Assembly: GCA_963737905.1 (NCBI GenBank)
Contig: CAVTUQ010000025.1
Location: forward strand, 96,001 to 160,000
DNA length: 64,000 bases
From: an uncultured delta proteobacterium
GTDB lineage: Bacteria; Desulfobacterota; Binatia; UBA9968
Direction of reading: 5' to 3'
Shown: in pieces, positions 29,813 to 40,904 of the stretch
How the letters are laid out: every line of letters begins with the position of its first letter
Numbering within the stretch: the first letter of the stretch is position 1
The notes under the pieces: generated by a model
Databases searched by the model: none
What the model was told of the DNA's origin: nothing
What the model saw: the letters and a program-made list of their open reading frames with translations, nothing else
Program-made: the position numbers and the translations under genes

Positions 29813-31076
29813 CTAGATTTTTATCTTGATGTCATCTTTAAAGTCACCCAGCAGAGATAACGCGATTCCCTGTGAGCCAAAAAGCATGGAGGCGAGATCA
29901 ACGACCGCATCACGGGAGACAGCGCGAATCTCCCGGCATATCTCATCCGTGGCGATCGGCTTCCCGAAATAGATTTCATTACGTGCGATATGGCTCATCC
30001 ATGAGTCCGTGGACTCGAGGCCAAGCATCATGCTGCCCACCAGTTGTCCCTGGGTCCGGCGAATTTCCTCGTCTTTGACATGACCGGCGGCGAGCTGCCT
30101 TAGTTCCTTGAGAATCAGCTCGACAACTTCTTCCACCCATTCTACGCTCGTGCCGGCATAGACACCGAGGTAGCCGATATCCTGATAGGACGATGAGAAC
30201 GAATAGACCGAATAAGCCTTGCCGCGCTTTTCGCGGATCTCCTGAAACAACCGAGAACTCATGCCACCGCCAAGCAAGGTATTTAGGACATAGGCCGTGT
30301 AACGCTGCGGATGGGTTTGGTGCAATCCCGCTACTCCGAGACAAAGATGAGCCTGCTCAAGCGATTTGGTATGTTGGAAAATGCCGGCTCTGCATCGCCG
30401 GCGCGCCGGCGCCGTCCTGGGAGTTTGAACGGCCGTCGTGGGCGGAGTCGCGCACGGAACCCAGCCTTTCGTTGAGCGCCTGGACCAACTCCTGGTGGCG
30501 CAAGTGGCCCGCCGCCGCAACGACAACCCGCCTCGGCCCATATCGCGACTTGAAGAAATTTAAGAAATCCTGCCGTCGAAACGAGTTCACCGTTTCCGCA
30601 CTGCCGCAAATGGGACGAGCCAGGGGATGATCCTTGAAGAAGTCAAGGCTGAAGAGATCGTGGATGTAATCGTCCGGCGTATCTTCCGCCTGGGAGATTT
30701 CCTGGAGGATGACAGACCGCTCGCGTTCGATCTCGTCGCCATCGAAAATAGAATGAAGAAAAATGTCGGTCAATAGATCGATCGCCAGCGGCAGATCTTC
30801 GTCGAGGATCTTGGCGTAGTAACAGGTGTGTTCTTTGGCCGTAAAGGCATTGAGAACGCCACCGATCGCATCCATCTCTTCAGCGATCGCGGCGGCGCTA
30901 CGCCGCTCGGTGCCCTTGAAGAGCAGGTGCTCGATGAAGTGGGAGATCCCGTTCTCACGCGGCAATTCGTGCCGGGAACCGTTCTCAACCCATATTCCCA
31001 AACTTACCGATCGATGATCCGGCATCTCTTGGGAAACGACTCGGATCCCATTATCGAGGACGGCTTTAGCAAACAT
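29813..31076 (-). pseudogene. M16B zinc peptidase (pitrilysin family) split by a +1 frameshift near 30387
   Basis: HFIEH inverted Zn motif in ORF 30357..31076; LGGGMSSRLFQEIRE in ORF 29813..30541; junction CAG AGC C GGC ATT has one extra C; probably a sequencing error. Confidence 0.8.
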
Positions 31077-31090
31077 GGAAAGATCAGGAC

Positions 31091-33217
31091 CTAGGTTCGA
31101 GGCGAATCATCCGAGCTGGCGCCGGACGGGCCATTTCCTGTTTCCTGAAGCGCCTCTTTTCGACTGAGCCGAATCTTGCCCTGCTTATCGATCTCCAGAA
31201 CTTTCACCATGACCTCGTCGCCCTCTTTCAAAACGTCGCTGACCCGCCGAACCCGCTCGGGTGCGAGCTGTGAGATATGGACCAAGCCGTCGGTCCCAGG
31301 CAAAATTTCAACAAAGGCTCCAAAATCGACAATTTTTCTCACGGTCCCTTTATAGATCTTCCCGATTTCCGCCTCGGCGGCGATCCTTTGCACCATCTCG
31401 ATGGCTTTTCTTGAAGCAGCCTCATCGCTGGACGCAATGGTGACTGTTCCGTCGTCTTCCACATCCATCTTAACGCCGGTGGCTTCAATGATACCGCGAA
31501 TAACTTTACCACCGGGTCCGATGATTTCACGAATTTTTTCGGGTCTGACCTTCAGGGTGGTAATTCGCGGCGCATGACCTGAAACGCTCGCCCGGTGCGA
31601 CCCCATGGTCTCGGTCATGATGCCGAGAATATGCAACCGCCCTTCCCGCGCCTGGTACAACGCCTGGCGCATGATATCGCGGTTCACACCGCTGATCTTA
31701 ATATCCATCTGTAACGATGTGACGCCGGTTGGCGTACCGGCAACTTTGAAGTCCATGTCGCCGAGGTGATCTTCATCACCCAAAATATCCGATAGCACTC
31801 GCACATGTTCCCCTTCTTTGATCAGACCCATGGCGATGCCCGCCACGGGCGCGGACACCGGTACGCCGGCATCCATCAGAGAAAGTGATCCGCCGCAGAC
31901 CGTGGCCATTGACGTAGAGCCATTGGACTCCAAAACTTCCGACACAATGCGGACCGTGTAAGGGAAACTCTCCTCGGGCGGCAATACCGGCAGTAACGCC
32001 CGTTCGGCGAGATTGCCATGGCCGATATCGCGGCGGCTCGGGCCACGAAGAAACTTGACCTCACCGACGCTGAACGGAGGAAAGTTATAATGCAGCATGA
32101 ACTTTTTATAGTGTTCGCCGATCAATGCGTCGATCTTTTGTTCGTCCGATGCCGTCCCGAGTGTCGTCACGACCAGCGCCTGGGTCTCCCCGCGGGTAAA
32201 CAGCGCCGACCCGTGAGTCCGCGGCAGAATTTCGACCTCACAGGTAATGGGGCGGATATCTTTTAACCCGCGTCCGTCGATGCGGCGCTCCCGCTGAATG
32301 ACCAGGCCGCGGAAGCAATTCCGCTTGAGCTCGTCGAATGCCCCTTTAATGTCCTTTTCCTTTTGCGGAAATTCCGCCAGCATCTTTGCGACGACTTCGC
32401 CCTTGATTTCGCCTATTTGTTTATAGCGCTCCAATTTCTCTGGAATCTCGATGGCCTGTTGCAGCTTCGACAGTGCCAACTGCTCGACTTGCCGAACCAT
32501 CGCCGTGTCCAGCTCTGCCAGTGGCACTTGACGCTTGGCCTTACCAACCTCCCGGCGGATCTCTTCCTGTAACTGCAGAAGCGGTTGGATAGCTTCATGG
32601 CCCGTGAATAAGGCTTCGAGAATTTCGTCTTCTGGAATCATTTTGGCGCCGCCCTCGACCATCACGATGGCATCGCGGCTGCCCGACAGAAAAATATCCA
32701 TGTCGCTTTCCAGGAGTTGGCTTTGGGTGGGATTCATGACCCATCGGCCGTCGATCCGGCCTATCCGAACTCCCGCAAGGGGTCCGTTAAATGGAATATC
32801 CGAAACCTGGAGAGCCATCGAGGCTCCCAGCATCGCGACCATATCGGGATCGTTCTCACGGTCAGCCGACAAAACCGTCGCGATCACTTGGGTTTCACAG
32901 CGAAGCCCCTCCGAAAACAGCGGCCGGATGGAGCGGTCAATGAGCCGACAGGTGAGAATCTCTTTCTCCGATGGGCGGCCCTCGCGCTTAAAGAAACCAC
33001 CGGGAATCTTTCCCGCGGCGAAAGTTTTCTCTTGATAATCAACCGTTAACGGGAAGAAATCAGTATCGGTCTTAAGCTCTTTGGCGGCCACTGCCGTTAC
33101 CAACACCACGGTTTCACCGTAGCGGACCAATGCGGCGCCGTCAGCCTGTTTGGCGACTTTGCCGACTTCGATCGACAAAGGACGGCCGTGAAAATCTAAT
33201 TCCACTTTCTTAATCAT
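31091..33217 (-). CDS. pnp: Polyribonucleotide nucleotidyltransferase
   Basis: FFPLTVDY; RRDIGHG; [13 protein letters not shown]; KH and S1 domains. Confidence 0.98.
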   Translation of the reverse strand: MIKKVELDFHGRPLSIEVGKVAKQADGAALVRYGETVVLVTAVAAKELKTDTDFFPLTVDYQEKTFAAGKIPGGFFKREGRPSEKEILTCRLIDRSIRPLFSEGLRCETQVIATVLSADRENDPDMVAMLGASMALQVSDIPFNGPLAGVRIGRIDGRWVMNPTQSQLLESDMDIFLSGSRDAIVMVEGGAKMIPEDEILEALFTGHEAIQPLLQLQEEIRREVGKAKRQVPLAELDTAMVRQVEQLALSKLQQAIEIPEKLERYKQIGEIKGEVVAKMLAEFPQKEKDIKGAFDELKRNCFRGLVIQRERRIDGRGLKDIRPITCEVEILPRTHGSALFTRGETQALVVTTLGTASDEQKIDALIGEHYKKFMLHYNFPPFSVGEVKFLRGPSRRDIGHGNLAERALLPVLPPEESFPYTVRIVSEVLESNGSTSMATVCGGSLSLMDAGVPVSAPVAGIAMGLIKEGEHVRVLSDILGDEDHLGDMDFKVAGTPTGVTSLQMDIKISGVNRDIMRQALYQAREGRLHILGIMTETMGSHRASVSGHAPRITTLKVRPEKIREIIGPGGKVIRGIIEATGVKMDVEDDGTVTIASSDEAASRKAIEMVQRIAAEAEIGKIYKGTVRKIVDFGAFVEILPGTDGLVHISQLAPERVRRVSDVLKEGDEVMVKVLEIDKQGKIRLSRKEALQETGNGPSGASSDDSPRT

Positions 33218-33284
33218 AGAAGGATCCTCTGAGAGGAGATGGGCTTAACGGAGGCGGTACAGGAGGGCAAATGGTCAGGAATGG

Positions 33285-33554
33285 CTATTTCCTTATTCCT
33301 AGCCGTTGGATCAGGCTCTGATACCTTTCGAAATCGCTTTTCTTAAGATAATCGAGAAGCCTCCTCCTCTGGCCTACTAGTTTCAGCAGGCCCCGACGGG
33401 AATGGTGATCCTTGACGTGAATCTTGAAGTGCCCGGTGAGGTGGTCGATACGCTGACTCAATAAGGCGACTTGCACTTCAGGAGAGCCGGTATCCGTCTG
33501 ATGAACCCTGAACTGCTCGATAACTTCTTGCCTATGCGCTTGAGCAATTCCCAT
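33285..33554 (-). CDS. rpsO: 30S ribosomal protein S15
   Basis: [10 protein letters not shown]; [14 protein letters not shown]. Confidence 0.98.
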   Translation of the reverse strand: MGIAQAHRQEVIEQFRVHQTDTGSPEVQVALLSQRIDHLTGHFKIHVKDHHSRRGLLKLVGQRRRLLDYLKKSDFERYQSLIQRLGIRK

Positions 33555-33736
33555 GTGATCTCCGCTCTTTCTCTCTCTTTCTTTCTTTTAAGTTGGACAA
33601 ATTTCTATCATACTGACTCCGCCTTGTAAAGGTGCCTCGACAAGCCCATGTTAGATCATTTCGCCGGCAGCGGACAAACATGTCCGTGAAAGTTAGAGTC
33701 GTCAGGGTCAGTTTTCGTTTTCGTTGGTGATGACTT

Positions 33737-34360
33737 ATGGTAATATTCCTTGTCATGGTACGGATGGTTTTCGGCGCCGTCTTTCTATCCGTTCTTTTGA
33801 GCGGCTCAGCCTCAGTTGTCGCCGCCGAATACTATCGCTGGGTGGATCAAAACGGTGTAGTTCATTTTACAGACAATTTGCATAACATCCCGGAAACACA
33901 GCGAGGTAACGCGGGGCGTATCCAGTCCATAGATCCCCCGAGGGTCCCACCGCCTCCAGCTCCAATCTCGCCGAGCAAGGCCTCGATCCCCTTCGAAAAG
34001 CAAGGACAGGTCGTCATCGTCGAGGCCACGTTGAATAAGAAAACCTCGGTTAAGTTTGTCGTCGACACCGGTGCAAGCTATACGATGATCTCAAGCGCCG
34101 TAGCCAAAGAGCTCGACATCGACACTGAGCAAAATCGTCGGACCGCCCCCTTTCAGACGGCCAATGGGATCATCCAAGCCCCCTTAGTGAGTCTCGACTC
34201 GATTACCGTCGGTGGCATGGAAATCCGCAATCTGACCGCTGCCGTGCATGATGTCCTCGCTGACTCAAGGGTTGCCGGCCTGTTGGGCCTCAACTTCCTG
34301 AGCAATTTTCGCATGGACATCGACACGCAAAAAGGCGTGCTCCATCTGGAGAAGAAGTAG
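33737..34360 (+). CDS. Exported retropepsin-like aspartic protease with N-terminal DUF4124-like domain
   Basis: Signal peptide; YRWVD.NG.VHFTD; FVVDTGASYT; GLLGLNFL. Confidence 0.88.
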   Translation: MVIFLVMVRMVFGAVFLSVLLSGSASVVAAEYYRWVDQNGVVHFTDNLHNIPETQRGNAGRIQSIDPPRVPPPPAPISPSKASIPFEKQGQVVIVEATLNKKTSVKFVVDTGASYTMISSAVAKELDIDTEQNRRTAPFQTANGIIQAPLVSLDSITVGGMEIRNLTAAVHDVLADSRVAGLLGLNFLSNFRMDIDTQKGVLHLEKK

Positions 34361-34375
34361 CCGGGCGGGGCAGAT

Positions 34376-37153
34376 TTATGAGCAGCCGCTCACCGCGCCG
34401 CAGTTCATACATTTGTAGCAGGCACCGCTCCGAATCATGATGGCGCCGCAGTCGGGACAGGGCGGGGCATCCTGCTGATAGAGACTCGTCACGCTGCTGA
34501 TGCTGGTCACGGGCGCTCCGCCCCGAAGGGCCTGCGACGAAATCGAAATCACTTTTTTACCAGTGTTATTTTCTTTGTTGCTGGTGTCCTCGGGCTCTGG
34601 CCTTACGACACCGACCTCCTGCTGCGCATCCCCATCGAGAAACTTGATCGCCAACCAACGGAAGATGTAGTCCATAATCGACTTTGCCATCGGGATATCG
34701 GGATTTTTGGTAAAGCCGGACGGCTCGAAGCGCATATGACTGAACTTGTCCACCAGAACCCTCAGCGGCACCCCGTACTGAAGCGCCATGGAGATCGCCG
34801 TCGCAAATGAATCCATCAGGCCGGAAATGGTGGAACCTTCCTTGGACATGGTAATGAAAATCTCGCCGGGCTGACCGTCTTCATACATTCCGGCGGTGAT
34901 GTAACCTTCATGGCCGGCGATATCGAACTTATGAGTGAACGATCTTCTTTCATCGGGGAGCTTCCGCCTAAGAGGCCGAGACTCTTTCCCCTCCGCCGCG
35001 GCTGCTTTCTTCTCCTCTTTGTCTTTAGAGGTGTTTAAGGGCTGCGTCCGTTTTGACCCGTCGCGGTAAATTGCCACCGCTTTAAGACCCAGCTTCCAGG
35101 ACTCCATATACGCGTGCACGATCTCATCCACGCTAACATCGGTGGGCATATTGATGGTTTTAGAGATCGCACCGGAAATGAACGGCTGCACCGCGCCCAT
35201 CATTTTGACATGGCCCATGTAGTGGATCGACCGGCTGCCATTGGCCGGCTTGAAGGCACAGTCGAAGACGGCCAGGTCTTCGTCCCGGATATGCGGCGCG
35301 CCTTCGATAGTCTCATGCTCGTCGATGTATTCGACGATCTCTTGAATCTGCTTGACATCATAACCAAGCCTTTTCAGCGCCCGCGGCACGGTATTGTTGA
35401 CAATTTTCAACAGGCCGCCGCCAACGAGTTTCTTATATTTGATGAGCGCGATATCTGGCTCGACCCCGGTGGTATCGCAGTCCATCATGAAAGCGATGGT
35501 CCCGGTCGGAGCCAGCACGGAAATCTGCGAATTTTTTACTCCGTATTTTTCCGCCTCGTCGCAAGCCTGATCCCATGCCTCTCGGGCCGCGGTCAAAAGA
35601 TCCAGCGGCACATGAGATGACGAGATTTTGTAAGCCTGGGAGCGGTGTTTGTTGAGCACCCGCAGCATGGGCTGACGATTGACCTCGAAGCTCGCGAAGG
35701 CTCCGGTGGCCGCCGCGTTCCGGGCCGACTGCAGATAGCCTTGCCCCGACATCAAAGCCGTGACCGCCCCTGCGTAGGCGCGACCTGCATCCGAGTCGTA
35801 GGGCAGCCCCAGAGACATGAGCAAAGCACCCAGGTTGGCGTAACCAAGCCCCAATTCGCGGAAGGCGTGGGCATTGGCGGTAATTTCCGCGGTCGGGTAA
35901 GAGGAATTGTCCACCAGCATGTCCTGCGCCAGGCTGATGATATCCACCGCGTGGCGGAAAGATTCCGTGTCAAACACGCCATCGTCTCGGAGGTACTTGA
36001 GCAGGTTCAGCGATGCCAGGTTACAGGCCGAGTTGTCCAGATGCATATATTCAGAGCACGGGTTTGAAGCATTGATACGAGCCGTATTGGCGCAGGTATG
36101 CCAATCGTTGATCGTTGTATCGTATTGCATTCCCGGATCACCGCAGAAGTAGGTGCTTTCAGCGACCATCCGCAGCAACTCCCGCGCCTTAAAGGTTTCG
36201 CATACCTCACCACTCTTCACATAACGAGTCTTCCATTCCCGGTCTTCCTGAACCGCTTGCATGAACTCATCCGATACCCGCACGGAGTTATTGGCATTCT
36301 GAAAAAAGACGCTGCCGTAGGCCGGGCCGTCTAAGCTGGAATCATAGCCAGCCTCGATGAGAGCCCAGGCCTTCTTCTCTTCCTCGACTTTGCACTTGAT
36401 GAATTCTTCGATGTCCGGGTGATCCATGTTGAGCACCACCATTTTGGCGGCGCGCCGTGTTTTGCCTCCGGATTTGATCACGCCCGCCGAGGCATCGGCC
36501 GCCTTCATGAAGGACACCGGGCCCGAGGCGGTGCCGCCGCCCGCTAATTGTTCTCTAGCTGAACGAATCTTCGACAGATTGACTCCCGAACCGGAGCCAC
36601 CCTTAAAGATAATCCCCTCTTTACGGTACCAATCCAGGATCGACTCCATGGTGTCGTCCACCGCGAGAATGAAACAGGCAGAGCACTGGGGTTTTGGTTC
36701 GATGCCGCAATTGAACCACACCGGGCTGTTGAAGCACGCCTTCTGATGCACCAGGATATGGGTGAGCTCGTCATGGAAGCTTTGCGCATCTTCTTCCGTG
36801 GCGAAATAGCCGTCCTTCCGTCCCCATCCCGTGATCGTATCGACCACCCGCCCAATCATCTGGCGCACGCTGTGTTCTCTCTGCGGGCTTCCCAGGGGGC
36901 CGCGAAAATACTTCGAAACCACGACGTTGGTCGCCATCAACGACCACGCCTTCGGAATCTCGACGTTGGCCTGTTCAAAGACGACCTTGCCCTTTTCGTT
37001 GGTAATGGAGGCAATACGTTGTTCCCACTCGATTTCATCGTAAGGATCTATCCCGGGACGGGTAAAATATCGCCCTATTTTGAGCCCCTTTTGGCTTCCA
37101 TGGTCCCCTCTGGAGACACTAAATTCCGTCACTTGTGACATCGTGCTTGCCAT
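34376..37153 (-). CDS. nrdJ: Class II (B12-dependent) ribonucleotide reductase with C-terminal TSCPD and Zn-ribbon
   Basis: FNSPVWFN; QCSACF; SNPCSEY; APTGTI; C-terminal CPDCG...CMNCG...GCS. Confidence 0.96.
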   Translation of the reverse strand: MASTMSQVTEFSVSRGDHGSQKGLKIGRYFTRPGIDPYDEIEWEQRIASITNEKGKVVFEQANVEIPKAWSLMATNVVVSKYFRGPLGSPQREHSVRQMIGRVVDTITGWGRKDGYFATEEDAQSFHDELTHILVHQKACFNSPVWFNCGIEPKPQCSACFILAVDDTMESILDWYRKEGIIFKGGSGSGVNLSKIRSAREQLAGGGTASGPVSFMKAADASAGVIKSGGKTRRAAKMVVLNMDHPDIEEFIKCKVEEEKKAWALIEAGYDSSLDGPAYGSVFFQNANNSVRVSDEFMQAVQEDREWKTRYVKSGEVCETFKARELLRMVAESTYFCGDPGMQYDTTINDWHTCANTARINASNPCSEYMHLDNSACNLASLNLLKYLRDDGVFDTESFRHAVDIISLAQDMLVDNSSYPTAEITANAHAFRELGLGYANLGALLMSLGLPYDSDAGRAYAGAVTALMSGQGYLQSARNAAATGAFASFEVNRQPMLRVLNKHRSQAYKISSSHVPLDLLTAAREAWDQACDEAEKYGVKNSQISVLAPTGTIAFMMDCDTTGVEPDIALIKYKKLVGGGLLKIVNNTVPRALKRLGYDVKQIQEIVEYIDEHETIEGAPHIRDEDLAVFDCAFKPANGSRSIHYMGHVKMMGAVQPFISGAISKTINMPTDVSVDEIVHAYMESWKLGLKAVAIYRDGSKRTQPLNTSKDKEEKKAAAAEGKESRPLRRKLPDERRSFTHKFDIAGHEGYITAGMYEDGQPGEIFITMSKEGSTISGLMDSFATAISMALQYGVPLRVLVDKFSHMRFEPSGFTKNPDIPMAKSIMDYIFRWLAIKFLDGDAQQEVGVVRPEPEDTSNKENNTGKKVISISSQALRGGAPVTSISSVTSLYQQDAPPCPDCGAIMIRSGACYKCMNCGAVSGCS

Positions 37154-37181
37154 CGCGCCTACCCCCTTCTACTCTCCGGAT

Positions 37182-37228
37182 TGTCAATATATGGTGTGAA
37201 TCACGCCGGAACGTACTAGATTTTGTAT
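37182..37228 (-). promoter_or_regulatory. Tandem NrdR boxes
   Basis: ACACCATATATTGACA (37182-37197) and ATACAAAATCTAGTAC (37213-37228), 31 bp apart, upstream of nrdJ. Confidence 0.8.
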
Positions 37229-37383
37229 TGGTAAAGCTTTTTAAAAACTTTGTCAAGAAAATTTTTCCTTCCGACAATCATTTTATCTTTTTATCCGCTT
37301 TTAGTTAGACCCGCATCCTTGGATTATGAATTTATCTAGAGTCTCGGCAGCGCGTGTGCTACTTTCTTTTCCGGTTATTTAGC

Positions 37384-37857
37384 ATGGCGAAGCACGACCA
37401 GCAGATAGAACGGCTCGGGCAGGTGCTCGACAAGTCTCTCAAGCGCATGGAGATATCTACCCGGTTGGACGAGTATGGTGTCTGGCCAATCTGGAACGAC
37501 ATCGTCGGGACGACGATCGCCCGAAATGCGCAACCAGAAAAAATCCGCAATGGCACTCTATTCGTCAAAGTAACGAGCTCGGTTTGGATGCAGCAACTTC
37601 AATATATGAAGGAAATGATTGCCGAGAAACTCAATCAACGACTGAAGACAGATGTCGTGAGAAACATTTTTTTCGTTGTTGGGCGAATCAATGCTCAAAG
37701 GATCGAGATGGAGTCACAGTCACCCGCACCGCCTTCCGTTGCGGGACCGGATTCCCGACCCAACGAAGATTTTCTCGAATCAATAGGGGATCCCGAGATT
37801 CGCCAGGCCTTTAAGCGTTTACTGAGAGGCTATTCCAGGCGGCAGCGAAAAGACTAA
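37384..37857 (+). CDS. DUF721/DciA family protein
   Basis: W.DIVG..IA...P.....G.L.V...SSVWMQQL...K..I..KLN pattern. Confidence 0.85.
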   Translation: MAKHDQQIERLGQVLDKSLKRMEISTRLDEYGVWPIWNDIVGTTIARNAQPEKIRNGTLFVKVTSSVWMQQLQYMKEMIAEKLNQRLKTDVVRNIFFVVGRINAQRIEMESQSPAPPSVAGPDSRPNEDFLESIGDPEIRQAFKRLLRGYSRRQRKD

Positions 37858-38684
37858 CACAAGGGAGCCCTTCCCGCCAACATAGTTTCGACTTCCGCCG
37901 TGTACTGTTTTCCTTGCTGATAGACAATGAGCGGCGAGAGTACCTCGATTCCGCTTCTGCCACCCTTCACCCCTTCCGTCAGAACCAGAGCGGCCTTCGC
38001 ATCGGCAAAGGAATGGACCATGCGCAGGCGCTTGGGCTCAAGATTCGCGTCGCGCATGGATTGCAGCACGTCGACGATGCGCAGGGCAGGATAAACCAAT
38101 GCTATTCGTCCTTTAATCGGCAACAAATAAGCCCCGGCGCGCAAAAAATCGGCAAGCCCCGCGGCGATTTCGTGCCGGGCTATTTTCCTTTCAGCGTTTG
38201 GGCTTATCCGACCGCTGGTCGTTCGTCGGTACGGCGGATTACAAACCACCGCAGCAAAACTTTCAGGGCTGAAAGCTTTCTGGATATGGGTGACATCGGC
38301 TTGAGCGATCGTTACCCTTTTCTGAAACTCGTTCAGCCGGACATTTCTGCTGGCCCGATCAATCATGCTTGGCTGGGTTTCCACACCCGTAATCGACAGC
38401 GACGAATGGAGATACGCTAGAATCAAAGCAATCACGCCGTTACCCGTGCCAAGATCGATGATCTTCTCGCCGTTCCGGCAAGTCATAAAATGGGCCAGAA
38501 GCAGCGCGTCGAGAGAAAAGCGGTAGCCACTCTGGCCTTGAAAAAGTTTGAGCTTGCCTTCAAACAGCGTGTCTAATGTTTCATCCTCCCTTTTTAGGCT
38601 TTTGGCCCCAGCCCAAACTGGCACACGCTTATCTGAAATCATTGATATCCCTTTTGGGTTTTTTCCGTTCGAGTCTTCACTCAT
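37854..38684 (-). CDS. tRNA1(Val) A37 N6-methyltransferase-like (start uncertain)
   Basis: GYRFSLDALLL; DLGTGNG; CNPPY; IARHE. Confidence 0.88.
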   Translation of the reverse strand: MSEDSNGKNPKGISMISDKRVPVWAGAKSLKREDETLDTLFEGKLKLFQGQSGYRFSLDALLLAHFMTCRNGEKIIDLGTGNGVIALILAYLHSSLSITGVETQPSMIDRASRNVRLNEFQKRVTIAQADVTHIQKAFSPESFAAVVCNPPYRRTTSGRISPNAERKIARHEIAAGLADFLRAGAYLLPIKGRIALVYPALRIVDVLQSMRDANLEPKRLRMVHSFADAKAALVLTEGVKGGRSGIEVLSPLIVYQQGKQYTAEVETMLAGRAPLC

Positions 38685-38778
38685 CGCTTTTAATTGGTTA
38701 ATTTATGAATTTGCTTGAAAACCAGTGAAGTTTTCTATAATAGCCTGACTCAAGTATTACGGCCGCCACAACCAAAAA

Positions 38779-39549
38779 ATGCTTTCCCTACTCGCTCGGA
38801 TTGGACGGTTTACCTTGCAGCAACTCGCAGGGATGGGCCGAATGTTCCTGTTTCTCTTTTCCGCCTTCGCCTGGAGCTTTCGCCCCCCCGCGCGAATTCG
38901 TTTGATCATCTATCATGTCAGAAGCATTGGGGTTGACTCGCTATCGGTGGTGCTTCTTTCCGGCGTATTTACCGGCATGGTTATGGGGCTTCAGGGTTAC
39001 TATAGCCTAAGGAAGTTCAACGCCGAAAGCTTTCTCGGCTCCGCTGTTGCGCTGGGCTTGTTGAGGGAGCTCGGTCCCGTGCTTTCAGCTTTCATGGTTA
39101 CCGGCCGAACCGGCTCAGCGATGGCGGCCGAGATCGGCAGTATGAAGGTTACCGAGCAAATCGATGCACTCTACTCGATGGCGATTAATCCGATCCAATA
39201 TCTGGTCTCTCCCCGCATCATCGCCGGCCTGATCTCGATGCCGCTGCTGACCGCGATCTTTGACGTGGTCGGCATCTACGGCGCTTACCTGATCGGCGTC
39301 GGACTGCTGGGTGTCAGCTCAGGCAGCTATTTTGCCGGAATGGAGAGCAGCGTCGTTTTCCACGACGTCTGGAGCGGTCTCTTAAAATCGGTAAGCTTCG
39401 GTCTGATTATCACTTGGATTTGCTGCTACAAGGGATTTAATGCTCCGCCGATGGCTACCGGCGTCGGTCAGGCAACGACTGAATCGGTCGTCTTGTGCTT
39501 CGTTTTGATCCTAGTCTGGGACTATTTCATGACTTCGATCATGCTCTAA
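38779..39549 (+). CDS. mlaE: MlaE ABC permease
   Basis: RELGPVL..GR.GSAMAAEIGSMKVTEQIDAL. Confidence 0.95.
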   Translation: MLSLLARIGRFTLQQLAGMGRMFLFLFSAFAWSFRPPARIRLIIYHVRSIGVDSLSVVLLSGVFTGMVMGLQGYYSLRKFNAESFLGSAVALGLLRELGPVLSAFMVTGRTGSAMAAEIGSMKVTEQIDALYSMAINPIQYLVSPRIIAGLISMPLLTAIFDVVGIYGAYLIGVGLLGVSSGSYFAGMESSVVFHDVWSGLLKSVSFGLIITWICCYKGFNAPPMATGVGQATTESVVLCFVLILVWDYFMTSIML

Positions 39550-39574
39550 AGCTTTTTCAGCAACCTGCTAGCTG

Positions 39575-40321
39575 ATGATTAAAGTCGTTGACCTGCACAA
39601 GACCTTCGGTGACCAAGCGGTCCTCAAAGGTATCAACCTGGAGCTCGAAACCGGCAAGGTGACGACGATCATCGGTGGTAGTGGTTCCGGGAAGACGGTG
39701 CTGTTAAAGCATCTCAACGCCCTCCTTCTCCCGGATCGCGGCAGCGTGCGGGTAGACGGAAAAGACATTACGAAGTTGGGCGAGCGCGATCTCAACGAAG
39801 TGCGACAGAAGTTTGGCGTCCTCTTTCAAGGCGCCGCCCTGCTCGACTCCATGACCCTCTACGACAACGTCGCTTTCCCTTTGCGCGAGAAAACCAAGAT
39901 GTCGGAGAGCGACATCCAAAAGAGAGTCGAGGAGCGACTAGCCCAGGTCGGACTTGCGGGTATGGGCTACAAATATCCAGCCGAGGTTAGCGGCGGTATG
40001 AAAAAACGCGCCGGACTAGCCCGCGCCTTAGCCATGGAACCCGAGATTGTGTTATTCGATGAGCCCACCACCGGGTTGGATCCTTTGTTGGGTAAGAGCA
40101 TTCACCGACTCATCGGTAAAATGCATGCCACATTCGGATTCACCGGAGTCATTGTGAGTCATGATATTCCGGAAGTGTTCAAGATCTCGGACCGGGTTGC
40201 TATGTTGGCGAATGGAGTGATCGCGGAGGCGGGTTCGACGCAAGAATTCGTGGCGTCGAAAAATCCGGTGGTCCGGCAGTTCTTGCAAGGAGATCCCGAA
40301 GGTCCACTCACGGTTCTATAG
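39575..40321 (+). CDS. mlaF: MlaF ABC ATPase
   Basis: GGSGSGKT; SGGMKKR; LFDEPTTGLDP; lies between mlaE and mlaD. Confidence 0.93.
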   Translation: MIKVVDLHKTFGDQAVLKGINLELETGKVTTIIGGSGSGKTVLLKHLNALLLPDRGSVRVDGKDITKLGERDLNEVRQKFGVLFQGAALLDSMTLYDNVAFPLREKTKMSESDIQKRVEERLAQVGLAGMGYKYPAEVSGGMKKRAGLARALAMEPEIVLFDEPTTGLDPLLGKSIHRLIGKMHATFGFTGVIVSHDIPEVFKISDRVAMLANGVIAEAGSTQEFVASKNPVVRQFLQGDPEGPLTVL

Positions 40322-40332
40322 GAGATTGATCA

Positions 40333-40809
40333 GTGACCCAGACGCGCACGGAGATAATTGTCGGCTTGTTTGTTCTGCTGGGAATGGCTTGCCTCGGCTA
40401 TCTAGCCATCAAACTCGGCAAGCTGGAAGTCTTAGGAAGTAGCGGCCACATCGTTTATGCGGATTTCTCGTCCGTAGCCGGACTCAAGATCGGAGACTCA
40501 GTGGAAATTGCCGGGGTGAAAATCGGGCGTGTGGAGGCGATGGGGCTGGCGGATGATCGCGCCCGGCTCCAGCTGCGCATTCAGGACGATGTCAAGCTTC
40601 AGGAGGACGCCATCGCATCGGTAAGAGCCCGCGGGTTGATCGGTGACAAGTTTATCCTGATCACGCCGGGGGCATCCGACAAGATCATTCCAACGGGCGG
40701 TAGGATCCGCGAAACCGAATCACCGCCGGATATTGCGGACTTGATCGGCAAGATCGTCGGCGGAGACTTGACCTCAAAGAGTGAAAAAAAAGAGGAGAGC
40801 CAAAAATAG
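40333..40809 (+). CDS. mlaD: MlaD (MCE domain) protein
   Basis: VGLFV; GL..GD.V.IAGV.IG.V; GLIGDKFI.I.PG. Confidence 0.93.
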   Translation: MTQTRTEIIVGLFVLLGMACLGYLAIKLGKLEVLGSSGHIVYADFSSVAGLKIGDSVEIAGVKIGRVEAMGLADDRARLQLRIQDDVKLQEDAIASVRARGLIGDKFILITPGASDKIIPTGGRIRETESPPDIADLIGKIVGGDLTSKSEKKEESQK

Positions 40810-40904
40810 TTTGGCGCTCCCAGTCAACCGTCACAACTCCACTTGACTCTGCAAGCTCTTCCGCAGTATCGAAAGCTTGAAAGCGGATACGAAAGGAAGG
40901 TCCC

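Noticed and set aside
8160-30400. Programmed frameshifting at the two split genes
   Set aside because: No slippery sequence or stimulatory structure seen; single duplicated bases are more simply explained by errors.
33737-34360. Retropepsin as a sign of a retroelement
   Set aside because: Exported clan AA proteases with DUF4124 are common chromosomal genes; no reverse transcriptase or integrase nearby.
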